From an uncultured Candidatus Poseidoniales archaeon (GTDB lineage Archaea > Thermoplasmatota > Poseidoniia > Poseidoniales > Poseidoniaceae): 64,000 nt of DNA. The translations under genes and the position numbers were made by a program. The stretch spans positions 143,669 to 207,668 of the forward strand of contig CM001443.1 of the NCBI GenBank assembly GCA_000246735.1, written 5' to 3'. The notes below the pieces were generated by a model. That model was not told the origin of the DNA and did no database searches. It saw nothing but the letters and a program-made list of their open reading frames with translations. Every line of letters begins with the position of its first letter. The stretch's first letter is position 1. Shown here one piece after another: positions 1 to 9,614 of the stretch.

Positions 1-3000
1 GAAGCCGTTGGTGAAATCGTATCATTGTTCTCGAAGGGTGATGAGCAAAGCAACGAGCCAGGTGCAGTCCAACGTGACGGAACTGTTCAATCAGCACCAG
101 AATTAGACAGCGTGGAAGACCTCGCTGTTCACGGCGAACGGCGGCTAGGTCTTGGATTACTCGTGGCAATGGTGACCGTTTGGTCTGCCATCGGTGCTGT
201 TGTTGGAACCGTCTTGCCCCCTGAGTTGAGCGGCCTTGGCTTATTCTCGATGGGCGTGTTTGGGTTGTACCTTGGTGAACGTTGGATCCCAAAACCATCG
301 ATGAGGTTGCTTGGCGTCACCTGGGTCATCATCTCGATGAAATTGTTTTATGGATTGGTCCTTGATTCATGGCACTGGGGATGGTTCGATGCATCGCCGC
401 TCGGCGCAAATGAAACCCTCGGACTCGGCATGTTGGCCGTTGTTGCTGGAAATGTGTTCATTGCTCAACGGCATGACGAAGATGCAATTGCGGCGCAAGC
501 AACCCTGATTTTACTCATCGTTGGAAGTGCTGCAGGAGCATTGTACGGCGAAGTGGGTGTTGCGGCCATGGTGGGCATTGGCACCCTCTTGATGCACGGG
601 CTTGCCTTCATGCGCCGCTCTGGTAACTTAGCAAGTTTGGGTATTGCTTCATCCTACCTCTGGGTCGGCGTTCACGCCCTCTCAAATGATTGGTCGTTCT
701 TTGGAGTTGAACTCGTTCGATTTGATGATGAGTTGTTGCTGTTTCTCCTCATGGCTGGGGTAACGGCGACGAACGCTGTTGTGGCTGCTTCCTTTGTCAG
801 GGCTGAAAATTGGTTCTCAGATGCACTCAAAGCGCTTGGACTCGGCAAACCCGCCTTGTGGTCGGTTTCTGTTGGCCTTGGTATGATCGGCGCACTTCTG
901 GCCATTGCTGCAAACCGTCTTGAGACCGGCTATGCACTGGCACAATTGCTCCTGTTGGTTTCGGCCTTCAGCGCATCCTACCTCGTGGTGCGAGGCGTCC
1001 ATCTGAAGGATCTCGCACCGTTCATTCTCTATCCAGCACCAGTGATGTTGATTGGCCTATCCTTGTTGACTTCAGGAGCGTTTGATGTTTCCCTCCCAGC
1101 AGGGTTGAGTCCGTACAGCCTCTATGCAGCCGTGACCGCAGTGCTCACCGCCGCCGCACTCCTGCGAAATCAAACCTCAGTTTCGGACCATGTTCTGTGG
1201 ATGGGGGGCACCGTGATTGTGGTGCTGTTGACATTGTTAATCCCGGCTGGAGAAGCAGATGGTAACGGCCGCCTTTTGCTCATCTCCCAAGGTGTTGTAT
1301 GGGTCGGTTTGTCGTGGTTAGCCATCCAGCGGGATTCACCATCGATTGCAGGCACGGCTGTGCTTGCTCCGTGGGTGTGGTTGATGTTCTTTGCAAGCGA
1401 TGTCGAATCAAGGGTGGTCTCAATTGACCTCATCCCAATCTCACTCGATGAAATCGATCTCGCCACCTGGCTATGTGTGCTTATCGTGCAGCAAATCAGC
1501 GTGAATGTTCACCATGGTGAAACTGGACTCAATCTAGCAGCGCGGCTTGCTGGAGCTTCAGAGGTTGGCGCCCGCTTCAGAGACTCTGGGTTCGCTAAAT
1601 TATGGAATTTGAGCTTCATTTTTTCAGTTGTTGTCATTTGGGGCATTACACGGCCCGGAGCGCTTCCAATGCCGGGACTGTTGGCGGCCATGGGCCTCTT
1701 GCTGATTGGTCATGCGTTGATGGTATGGCGTGGCAAGCATCTTGGAAAACCACGTAGTTTGATGACCGTTTGGGGCGTCTTTGCCTTAATCCTCGTTTGG
1801 CGTTACGGGCAGTCGGCATTCTGGGCCATGATTATGGTTGCAGCATGTGGTTTGATGCTGCTTGCTACCGATCGGCGACGAAAGGATGGCACAAGCCTAG
1901 CAGAACTTGAACTGACGGAGGCCCTTCCCGGGCGGTTACTGACCTTAATGCTAGGATTCATAGCAGCATTCTACATCGTCATCAGCCTTGACCCGATTAC
2001 GAACGTTGAACTGACTGGAGCAAAAAACATGCTCTCACCTGAAATGAATTTGTTGGTCTTGACGGGTGTTGGACTCGTCGCCCTCGTCTTGTACCTCCAA
2101 CGAGCAGTGACGCTTGAAAAACTGCTTCCACCCGCCTTTGCAGCCCTTGGGCTCATCGTCACAATGGCATTGGCTGGACTCACCCTCAACATGACATTCG
2201 TTGTGCTCACCGCCTTGATCGCTTTCGTAGCCTCCGGTTCCTACCTCGCCATTCAAGGTGAATTCCGTGCAGGCATGCGCGCCCTTGCTCGTCGCGACGA
2301 TCGACTTGTGCGAATTAAGGAAAAGCAAGAACGGATGCAGGAATTCCTTGCCGCCTCAACAACCGCAAGCGAATACAGTGCGATGGACATGGTTGAGAAG
2401 ACCGATGTCGGCGTAGCAACTGGGCCCAGTGAAGTCATTTTGCAGTCTCAAGCATCGCCAACTGATGATTCAGGGCCTGTCCAAGGATCTTTGCGGCTGA
2501 TCGACACTGAGTTGTTGGCCCTCGCTGAAAAGCAACGAAAGCGATCGAAAAACTGGAGCACGGCTGGAGAATACGATCTTGAAGTTGGAGACATTCACCA
2601 CCAACCAATCATCACGATGATGTTCCTCGTCACCACAATCCTTGTCACCACGGTGATTTCGTTCCTTTCTGGCAACACGTTGATGACATTGCTGTTCGGA
2701 GTTTTACTCTCGATGTTGTTTGTTGGAGCGGCGCGATTGCGAGCAAATGAAATTGGTTTGAGGCTCCCTGACATCATGGGCATCGAGTCCCCAATTGCGG
2801 TTGGCATGGCTGGTTTGGTATTGATTCACGTCGCTGGAAGAGCTTCGAATTCCGTCGTAGTGCTCGAGGACACATGGCATTTACTCGTTCTTTTCGGTGG
2901 CTTGGTGATGATGGCCGGCATGGGCATTATTGGGCGCAGTGACCTTGGGCTACGTCTTCCAAATGCATTGGAAGGTGTCGTGTTTTTGGCCATGCTTGAC

Positions 3001-3786
3001 CGCGTCATTTGCCTCCTCATTGGTGGCGAAGTGCCTCTTCCATTCAATTTCGATCCCTTTGACGCATTCCTGTTTGAATCAGGCGTGCCAATGATGGGAA
3101 TTGAGGTGGCGCTTGTTGGTGCTGTGCTCGGCTTTGATTGGGTCGAAGGGAAGCGGATTCAACGGGATATGGGCGATCATCGGGGGGCTGCTGGCCGCAG
3201 TGCTTGGGCCCTCGCCGTCTGTGTGCTTTCATTCGGAGTGGCTGGAGTGTTGGTGCTCGCCTTCACCGCAAGAAGAAGTGTGTGGTGGCAGCAACCTGCG
3301 CCTGCTTTGATGGCATGGATTACCCTCCCGGTTGTTGTGCAAGGCATCATGGCATGGGCACCAGAATTGCTCAGTTTCACTGTGGTTCCATTCTACCTTG
3401 TCGCTTCGACCATGTCCATGATCACGGTAGGATTTGTAGCATGGACCGTCATCAATCGCATGGGGCTCTGGCTCCCTGCTGGTTTGTGGGCCCTGCACAT
3501 TTTACTCTTCTTGGCTTGCTTTGGATTCCCGAACCTCGTGTACGCTGTTGTGTTCATCCTCATCGCATCAACCGTGTCTTGGGTCAGCGGTATTCTCACC
3601 CTCAGAAAAGGCTGGAGAATTGTTGGAGCCCTTGATTTGGTGCTCGGGTGGATTGTTGCTGGAGTTGTGCTCATTGGAGGCAGTTCTGTCACAGGATTGT
3701 TTGCCATCCTGCTTGCTTCCGCAGCGCTTCTTGGCATTGTCACGTGGCTCACGCAGACCTTTGAAGGTGAAATGGCCAACGAATGA
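1..3786 (+). CDS. Very large polytopic membrane protein of unknown function, probably 5'-truncated by the window edge
   Basis: Frame is open from base 1; over 1250 aa with dozens of hydrophobic segments and one charged cytoplasmic loop (about aa 750-860); no catalytic motif recognised. Confidence 0.85.
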   Translation, partial: EAVGEIVSLFSKGDEQSNEPGAVQRDGTVQSAPELDSVEDLAVHGERRLGLGLLVAMVTVWSAIGAVVGTVLPPELSGLGLFSMGVFGLYLGERWIPKPSMRLLGVTWVIISMKLFYGLVLDSWHWGWFDASPLGANETLGLGMLAVVAGNVFIAQRHDEDAIAAQATLILLIVGSAAGALYGEVGVAAMVGIGTLLMHGLAFMRRSGNLASLGIASSYLWVGVHALSNDWSFFGVELVRFDDELLLFLLMAGVTATNAVVAASFVRAENWFSDALKALGLGKPALWSVSVGLGMIGALLAIAANRLETGYALAQLLLLVSAFSASYLVVRGVHLKDLAPFILYPAPVMLIGLSLLTSGAFDVSLPAGLSPYSLYAAVTAVLTAAALLRNQTSVSDHVLWMGGTVIVVLLTLLIPAGEADGNGRLLLISQGVVWVGLSWLAIQRDSPSIAGTAVLAPWVWLMFFASDVESRVVSIDLIPISLDEIDLATWLCVLIVQQISVNVHHGETGLNLAARLAGASEVGARFRDSGFAKLWNLSFIFSVVVIWGITRPGALPMPGLLAAMGLLLIGHALMVWRGKHLGKPRSLMTVWGVFALILVWRYGQSAFWAMIMVAACGLMLLATDRRRKDGTSLAELELTEALPGRLLTLMLGFIAAFYIVISLDPITNVELTGAKNMLSPEMNLLVLTGVGLVALVLYLQRAVTLEKLLPPAFAALGLIVTMALAGLTLNMTFVVLTALIAFVASGSYLAIQGEFRAGMRALARRDDRLVRIKEKQERMQEFLAASTTASEYSAMDMVEKTDVGVATGPSEVILQSQASPTDDSGPVQGSLRLIDTELLALAEKQRKRSKNWSTAGEYDLEVGDIHHQPIITMMFLVTTILVTTVISFLSGNTLMTLLFGVLLSMLFVGAARLRANEIGLRLPDIMGIESPIAVGMAGLVLIHVAGRASNSVVVLEDTWHLLVLFGGLVMMAGMGIIGRSDLGLRLPNALEGVVFLAMLDRVICLLIGGEVPLPFNFDPFDAFLFESGVPMMGIEVALVGAVLGFDWVEGKRIQRDMGDHRGAAGRSAWALAVCVLSFGVAGVLVLAFTARRSVWWQQPAPALMAWITLPVVVQGIMAWAPELLSFTVVPFYLVASTMSMITVGFVAWTVINRMGLWLPAGLWALHILLFLACFGFPNLVYAVVFILIASTVSWVSGILTLRKGWRIVGALDLVLGWIVAGVVLIGGSSVTGLFAILLASAALLGIVTWLTQTFEGEMANE

Positions 3787-3807
3787 TGCGTTTCGACTAT
3801 GAGGCGT

Positions 3808-5454
3808 TCATGCCTTCATTTCTGCACCCAAAAGATTCGTGAGTGAACTCATGAGGTCTGGGGCATTGGCCGGATTTATGTTTGGAGAAAGACGCAATGA
3901 TACACTGATTTTAGCCTGCGTACCACTGTTTCGAATGCCAAGGGATGCTGGATGGCCATCGACTTCGAATGAGATCAGCATAAGGTTTGATTCACCTTCA
4001 AGGCCATGGCGATTCCATTGCTCAACGGTGCCTTGCTGCTCAAAGAAATCCTTTGCAATTGACTCAGCTTGGTCCGCAAGTCTGTTTTGGCCCGTCCAAA
4101 GGGTTCGGTCCACACCACTCACAGAGCGTCGTTGCTTCCAACCTCGTTTCATGTGGTAAGTCGCATCTTGATTTGAGAAGGCAAGCAAGTAAGCAACAAG
4201 CGTTGCTGCGCCATCACCAACCAAAGCCCAGTCACCGGTTTTTCCGGGAAGTGGTGTTGGCATCACAATGTGGCCCGAATCCTCGACACCAATCGATCTC
4301 GGGGGGGTTTCAGAATGTGGGAGTGCATCGCCAAGCGCTTTTGACAGCCAACGGTCGCCGACAGCGGTCTCGGATGTTTCAACTGGTGCAGGCAAACGCT
4401 CGGCTGTGGCAAGCAGTGAGAGATCAGATTCGATGCTTGCTGCAAGGTGCCATGGAGCCTCAGAATGCAGGGCTGCGGTAGAGAGAATCGTGTCGCCGAT
4501 CGCATCCCCATCAATGACCATAAAACCGTCTCGAGTTGCTTGGATGACGAGGCAGCGATCGCCATCACCATCGAGTGCAGCGCCGACCAATGTCCCCGGT
4601 GACGAAGGCGTTAGGTTTTGCAGCAACATGTGAGGAGAGTTTGAGGCCTCCTCAAAGGTCCATGTTTGGGTTGGCGAGAAATCCCCTGCGCCACAGTTGA
4701 GGTTGAGGGCTTGCGCCTCACCGCTCACCTCGATGCTTTCGAGGCCTTGTTCTGAGAGCCAATTGGCCAACCAAGTGTGGGCGGCACCCTTTGAGGCATC
4801 AATGACGAAAGGACATGCCACATTCGCCTCTTTGATTCCCTCAGTCCCAGTCAAGATTTGGAAATGGGCATACCGCTCCGAAAGCCAAGAAGGATGGTGG
4901 TTTGCTGCGCTCATCGACGCATCATATGGTTGGCTTGGTTGAGATAATTCTGCTTCATCGATGACGTCAATCTCTCGTTCTTCCGAGGCTAAAGCATCCG
5001 CGATGTTCGATACAAAATCTTCGTACTGTGGATTGGTTTTGTAACCAAGCGAATCGAACACCTTCAATCCAGAATCCGATACAGGGTTGTGACTGGCTGT
5101 GATCATGCAACCGATGCGTGCTTGGTGACGGAGGGTGGCGCGATGGAGGGCGGGCGTTGCACACATCCCAACATGAACAACCGTGCATCCTGTAAGCCGA
5201 AGCCCAAGCGTGAGTGCTGCGACCAATTCTGTGTTCTTTGGGCGGTCATCCCATCCGATCACTGCTTTTGTGCCCTCGCCAGGCAATTGGTCCATGGTGC
5301 GCCCAAGTGCTTCGCCGACGATGCGAAGAAGGGTTGTGCTGATGACCCGTTGTTCGTGAAGAGCGTTGATCGATGCTTCTTCGTCGGGGGAAGCGTCAAT
5401 CACTTTGCCACGAATACCATCGGTTCCAAACAAGCGACGGGTCATTTCGTTCAC
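3808..5454 (-). CDS. glmM: Phosphoglucosamine mutase / alpha-D-phosphohexomutase
   Basis: FGTDGIRG N-terminus, TASHNP phosphoserine loop, DGDGDR metal loop, GVEDSGH sugar loop; 4-nt overlap with the upstream acetyltransferase gene. Confidence 0.85.
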   Translation of the reverse strand: MNEMTRRLFGTDGIRGKVIDASPDEEASINALHEQRVISTTLLRIVGEALGRTMDQLPGEGTKAVIGWDDRPKNTELVAALTLGLRLTGCTVVHVGMCATPALHRATLRHQARIGCMITASHNPVSDSGLKVFDSLGYKTNPQYEDFVSNIADALASEEREIDVIDEAELSQPSQPYDASMSAANHHPSWLSERYAHFQILTGTEGIKEANVACPFVIDASKGAAHTWLANWLSEQGLESIEVSGEAQALNLNCGAGDFSPTQTWTFEEASNSPHMLLQNLTPSSPGTLVGAALDGDGDRCLVIQATRDGFMVIDGDAIGDTILSTAALHSEAPWHLAASIESDLSLLATAERLPAPVETSETAVGDRWLSKALGDALPHSETPPRSIGVEDSGHIVMPTPLPGKTGDWALVGDGAATLVAYLLAFSNQDATYHMKRGWKQRRSVSGVDRTLWTGQNRLADQAESIAKDFFEQQGTVEQWNRHGLEGESNLMLISFEVDGHPASLGIRNSGTQAKISVSLRLSPNINPANAPDLMSSLTNLLGAEMKA

Positions 5455-6152
5455 CTGTGGGTCGAATTAGCAGGAGAGAGCCCGGTGACTGTTGTGTTTG
5501 GCCAGACCACGCTGTTAGGGCCGAGAACGGTCCCTGGGTTGGTCACACTGTTGCACCCCAATTGGCAATGTTCTCCAAGGATTGCGCCAAATTTTCTGAG
5601 GCCGCTTCCCAACCTTTGACCTTCGAAGCGAAGATGGACTTCTCCTCCATCGTTTCGCAAGTTGCTCAATTTTGTACCTGCGCCTAGATTTACACCGCAG
5701 CCAAGAATTGAATCTCCCACGTAGTTGAAGTGAGGTGCTTTCGCCCCTGGAAGTAAAATTGAATGTTTGATTTCTGTTGAATGGCCAACCACCGATCCAG
5801 AGCAAATCCATGCATGTGGCCGAACGTATGCTCCATGGCGAATGGTGGCCCCTGATTCGACCAAGCACGGGCCGATGAAATGGACAGAAGGCTCGACGAT
5901 GGCGTTTGCATGGACAACGACTGGGCCTTGTGACTCGTCGACGGTTGCACCGCTCTTCGTAGGGTCTTGGGTTGGTTCTGAATAGGCGTTGATAGCTGCC
6001 ATCAACTGAGATTTAAGGCCGTTTTTGGCTTTCGGGTCGAGGAGCACCCAAGCAGGCTCTCCGTCTGAAAAAATAGGGACTGCACCGTCGTGCACCTCTT
6101 TTGAGAATGTAGGGAAAAGGGCGTGGGCAGTCACCCAATCAGGCCATTCCAT
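5451..6152 (-). CDS. Stand-alone hexapeptide-repeat acetyltransferase (GlmU C-terminal domain-like, probable glucosamine-1-phosphate N-acetyltransferase)
   Basis: Left-handed beta-helix repeats, APHFNYVGDSILG, NLGAGT and RKFGAILG motifs of archaeal GlmU; no nucleotidyltransferase domain. Confidence 0.8.
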   Translation of the reverse strand: MEWPDWVTAHALFPTFSKEVHDGAVPIFSDGEPAWVLLDPKAKNGLKSQLMAAINAYSEPTQDPTKSGATVDESQGPVVVHANAIVEPSVHFIGPCLVESGATIRHGAYVRPHAWICSGSVVGHSTEIKHSILLPGAKAPHFNYVGDSILGCGVNLGAGTKLSNLRNDGGEVHLRFEGQRLGSGLRKFGAILGEHCQLGCNSVTNPGTVLGPNSVVWPNTTVTGLSPANSTHR

Positions 6153-6194
6153 GAACAGGGCATGGGCATCGGTGGCATGAAGATAACGCTTCCA

Positions 6195-6455
6195 TCATGC
6201 CGCGAGGTGGTACAATCGCTTTCCTGTACCGTGATCGAGGGTGAAGGAAATGAACTCAGAAAGATAGCGTGGAATGAAGAAGCCAACTTTGCGGGCAGTG
6301 AGCCCGTGATTTCTCATCCGTCGTTCGTTCGACAAATGATGCACGATGTCTGCTGCCGAACAGCTTTCTTGTGAAGATACATACTCCACGATTTCATTCT
6401 TTAGTCGTGCCAAGCGAGCTTGTTTTTGTGTCCCATTGCCCTTCATTTTACTCAT
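6195..6455 (-). CDS. Small basic winged-helix-like protein, putative DNA-binding
   Basis: 86 aa from ATG 6455; IVEYV..CSAADIVHHL..LTARKVG..GKRLYHL pattern resembles wHTH; TATA-like box upstream. Confidence 0.65.
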   Translation of the reverse strand: MSKMKGNGTQKQARLARLKNEIVEYVSSQESCSAADIVHHLSNERRMRNHGLTARKVGFFIPRYLSEFISFTLDHGTGKRLYHLAA

Positions 6456-6475
6456 GTAATACATCAACGGCAGCG

Positions 6476-6483
6476 TATATCAA
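6476..6483 (-). promoter_or_regulatory. TATA-like box TTGATATA for the small wHTH gene
   Basis: 21-28 nt upstream of ATG 6455; the same 9-mer TTGATATAC lies upstream of the glutamine synthetase gene. Confidence 0.5.
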
Positions 6484-6515
6484 TGCTTGATGGGGCATCC
6501 ATGGGAGCCCAACAA

Positions 6516-7325
6516 TCAGAGGATATCGAGCACGTCATTCCACTTCATGGAAGAGCCACGCCGGAACATACCTTCGTGGAATTGCCGTTGGGCGAGATGC
6601 GTCGCTCGCGCCAACCGTCCACGGTTGTCATAGCAACCGTAGCGAGTGTGGATTGGAACCATTGTCGTGGAGAGATCAATCTGTGGGCCGTTTGTTGGCG
6701 GAGGTGTGCGTTCAACAAGTTCCTTCTCGCCATCCCATACGATGTCTTCTGGTAAGGGCGCGTCAATTTTTTCATGTTCAAAATGAAGGCTTCCTTCTGC
6801 TGGTTTGACTGGTTTCCAAGTGTTTGAACGCCCATTGTCGAGCCAGAAAATCATGGCTTTCATTTGCTCGACCGTGGCCATGGCCATGTGTGTTTTCTCC
6901 CACCAACCGGCGGTTCTCGCAAGGGTGATGTGATGGACGCCAGGATAGGTGTCCCTCGGATCAAGTCCATCTGCATAGGTACGGGAAAGGTCCGTGATTC
7001 GCACGGTGTAGATTGGCATTGCTCCAATGCGAATGTCCTGCAACCTGTATGGGTTTGCAAGTTCCCCGAGTAACAAAAACGGGCGTCGTTGGGCCATTGG
7101 CGGTGCTGATTGTTCTGCAAGCAGGTGTTCGACGGTGCCTTCTGTTGATGTAAATGAAGCGCAATAGGCTTGCAAAGCCGGGCCCGAAAGTTGGCCCTCT
7201 TGATGATCGGCTGGAGGAGTCAATTCCCGAAGGGTTGTGTTGGAGAAGAACAACGGTGACTCGGGAAGGGCCACTGGTGAGTTTGCTGGCGCATAGGGCC
7301 ACAGCCGAGGAGAAGTGTCTCGCAT
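6516..7325 (-). CDS. Hypothetical protein
   Basis: 269-aa ORF filling the space between co-oriented genes; no family recognised. Confidence 0.7.
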   Translation of the reverse strand: MRDTSPRLWPYAPANSPVALPESPLFFSNTTLRELTPPADHQEGQLSGPALQAYCASFTSTEGTVEHLLAEQSAPPMAQRRPFLLLGELANPYRLQDIRIGAMPIYTVRITDLSRTYADGLDPRDTYPGVHHITLARTAGWWEKTHMAMATVEQMKAMIFWLDNGRSNTWKPVKPAEGSLHFEHEKIDAPLPEDIVWDGEKELVERTPPPTNGPQIDLSTTMVPIHTRYGCYDNRGRLARATHLAQRQFHEGMFRRGSSMKWNDVLDIL

Positions 7326-7362
7326 GCCCAGCGCTTCGTTCGCACCGGTATGAATTCAACGC

Positions 7363-7764
7363 CTAGGATTGGAAGATGGATTCTTGTAAGCACTGGGGGC
7401 AAGTGACCTTGATTGGGCGGACTGCCGGGATGCCGAGTGCAACGCCGCACGCAGGGCAGAGAATCGCCTGACTCACACTTTGTCGTCGCTCTGCAGCTTG
7501 TTCTGATGGGTCATATTGGAATCGGAAACTTTGCGTATTTGGGATCGAAGGGGTTGACGGAAGGGCCGGGGCCTCCTTTGAGGAGGGGGCGAAATTGTTT
7601 GGATCCTGGGCTGGTGATGATGGCTGAGCCGAGCCTGCAATCTGTTGCTCAATCCATGCATGGCCTACGCCATAAGCAGATGCGATGCGGTCAATTTCCA
7701 ACATTCGATCATAGCCGCTCATGCCAGCCAAGGCGTGAAGAACTTCGGGCGGTACAGATGCCAT
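7363..7764 (-). CDS. Hypothetical protein with C-terminal zinc ribbon
   Basis: CPACG..LGIP..VTCPQC at the C-terminus after a Pro/Ser-rich linker; start chosen at ATG 7764. Confidence 0.7.
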   Translation of the reverse strand: MASVPPEVLHALAGMSGYDRMLEIDRIASAYGVGHAWIEQQIAGSAQPSSPAQDPNNFAPSSKEAPALPSTPSIPNTQSFRFQYDPSEQAAERRQSVSQAILCPACGVALGIPAVRPIKVTCPQCLQESIFQS

Positions 7765-7863
7765 GTCCCACTCGCAGCGTTCATCACTCTTCACTGTTCA
7801 GTTATATTGTGTCGAGGGTTTTGCCGGTATCCGGAACCTCACAACACGGATGTGGAAAGTATC

Positions 7864-8406
7864 ATGTCGCCGAAAGCCTTGAAAGAGAAGCGCGTGCGCC
7901 GCGGGAACAAGAGAGGGACCTCAATGCCTCAAAGCCGACCAAGGAAGTTGACCAAAGAAGTCATGGCGAGAATGTCGTCAAAACAGCGAGCTGAGACAGC
8001 ACGCTCGATTACCTGTGGGGAAACCATGCTCGAAGCACATTGGGTCTGGTATGATGCATCAATGGCCGATGTCATCGACGACTTGACATCGAATAATTGG
8101 GACCACGTGTTCGTCATTAATCACGAGGGTGCGCCTCAAGGTAGAATCCATGCTGTTGATGTGTTGAAAATCATCGCAAGGAAGAAGGTCAACCGTGACA
8201 TTGCTTGGATGCATGGAATCCCAGCACAACAGTTGGTGAACCTTCCCCCGATTACAGTCACACAAACCACACCGTTGCTCAAGGCGGGAGCATTGATGCT
8301 CACTCACGACCTCAATCAAATTGCTGTCGTCAACAAAGAGGGAAGCCTTGTGGGCGTTGTCGGCCACCAAACCATGGCTCGGCATATGCCGAAGTTCATC
8401 CTGTGA
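7864..8406 (+). CDS. CBS-domain pair protein with basic N-terminal extension
   Basis: Two CBS-like units (VFVINHEGAPQGRI; IAVVNKEGSLVGVV); start at ATG 7864. Confidence 0.75.
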   Translation: MSPKALKEKRVRRGNKRGTSMPQSRPRKLTKEVMARMSSKQRAETARSITCGETMLEAHWVWYDASMADVIDDLTSNNWDHVFVINHEGAPQGRIHAVDVLKIIARKKVNRDIAWMHGIPAQQLVNLPPITVTQTTPLLKAGALMLTHDLNQIAVVNKEGSLVGVVGHQTMARHMPKFIL

Positions 8407-9525
8407 TCAAATGCCCCAGTAGCGTTCTGCTTGAGCTTGCTTTGCTTGCAAAGAGCGAACAATGGTCATTGTCATCCACAAAACGACAACCCAAATCAAC
8501 GGGTTTGTCAGGTCTTCAAGCACCTTACCGACGCTAAATTCGTAAGCAGTTCCACTCAACACATCGGTTGCAATCGCAAGGGCTGTGTCGACGAATGAAT
8601 ACACAACCATGCCGAAGATACTGAGCACAATGAGTCGTCCTGAGAACGACCCTCGCTTCAATCGAAGCAGCATGAAGCCGGCTGTTGAAGTGAGGAACGC
8701 AATGACGATCCAAGCCAGGGCTTTGTGAACCGCAGACAGCCAGACGATTGATTGAGAAGACACGTCAGCAAGCACCGAGTATTCTCTCCACCCTTCTGCA
8801 ACCGCAAAGATTGCGCTGAACAGGGTAGCGGTCCATAACAATGAAGAAAACATAGCAGCGTCTGCGTTTTCCCTCATTTCTTGAATGACTTTGTTGACGG
8901 TGGTCTCAATGCCTGCTCCCTTGCTGAGAATGTAAAGCCCGGTCACCATCGGCAAACCACCGATCAGCAAGCCACCAATTTCGTTTGGAAGCATGATGCC
9001 AAGACCGAATACTGCGAGAACAAGTCCGAAAGGAATCATGATTTTAGCACGCCATTTTGGATCTTCAAGCGCCTTAACAATGTAATAATACGTACCTTCG
9101 ATGCCCTTCGACTGCTTCACAATGATTTTCTCAACGTGATCGATACGAACTTGTGATTGAATGATTGGAAGCACTGATTCATCTTCAGCGCCATCGGTGA
9201 TGAGGATGGCCTTGTCTGGTTGGAATTGGGCGACCACTTCTTCGAGTTGTGCTGCAATGGCTCGGTCGGAACGGATGCCGACTTTTTCATCCCCTGTGAG
9301 GATGGCAATCTCAACTTCGTCCTCTTCAGGTTTTTTTTCGGCGAGTTTGTCGTGGGCCGACAAAGCACCTAGCATGGCGTTTGTGTCGCTTTCTTCTGGG
9401 TCTGCGATTCCCAATTTCAGCGCCGCAGTGAGCACTTGACGGCGGCCAATAACCGGGCCGCGAATCGCTGTTTTGATGCCGAGATCGTTGTCTCGGTCTA
9501 CTGTCAATACGAGCGTTCTCACCAT
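8407..9525 (-). CDS. DUF373-family archaeal membrane protein
   Basis: LVLTVDRDNDLG..PVIGR..DPEESDTN..ITDGAEDE..KQSKGIEGTYY signature followed by transmembrane helices. Confidence 0.85.
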   Translation of the reverse strand: MVRTLVLTVDRDNDLGIKTAIRGPVIGRRQVLTAALKLGIADPEESDTNAMLGALSAHDKLAEKKPEEDEVEIAILTGDEKVGIRSDRAIAAQLEEVVAQFQPDKAILITDGAEDESVLPIIQSQVRIDHVEKIIVKQSKGIEGTYYYIVKALEDPKWRAKIMIPFGLVLAVFGLGIMLPNEIGGLLIGGLPMVTGLYILSKGAGIETTVNKVIQEMRENADAAMFSSLLWTATLFSAIFAVAEGWREYSVLADVSSQSIVWLSAVHKALAWIVIAFLTSTAGFMLLRLKRGSFSGRLIVLSIFGMVVYSFVDTALAIATDVLSGTAYEFSVGKVLEDLTNPLIWVVVLWMTMTIVRSLQAKQAQAERYWGI

Positions 9526-9614
9526 CATTTGCCACCGCTGTTGGATGTACCCTAGTCGCCCACCCAATTCAAAGTCTTCGCGCGAAAGCCCAGTTCGACA
9601 TGCACAAATTGGCC

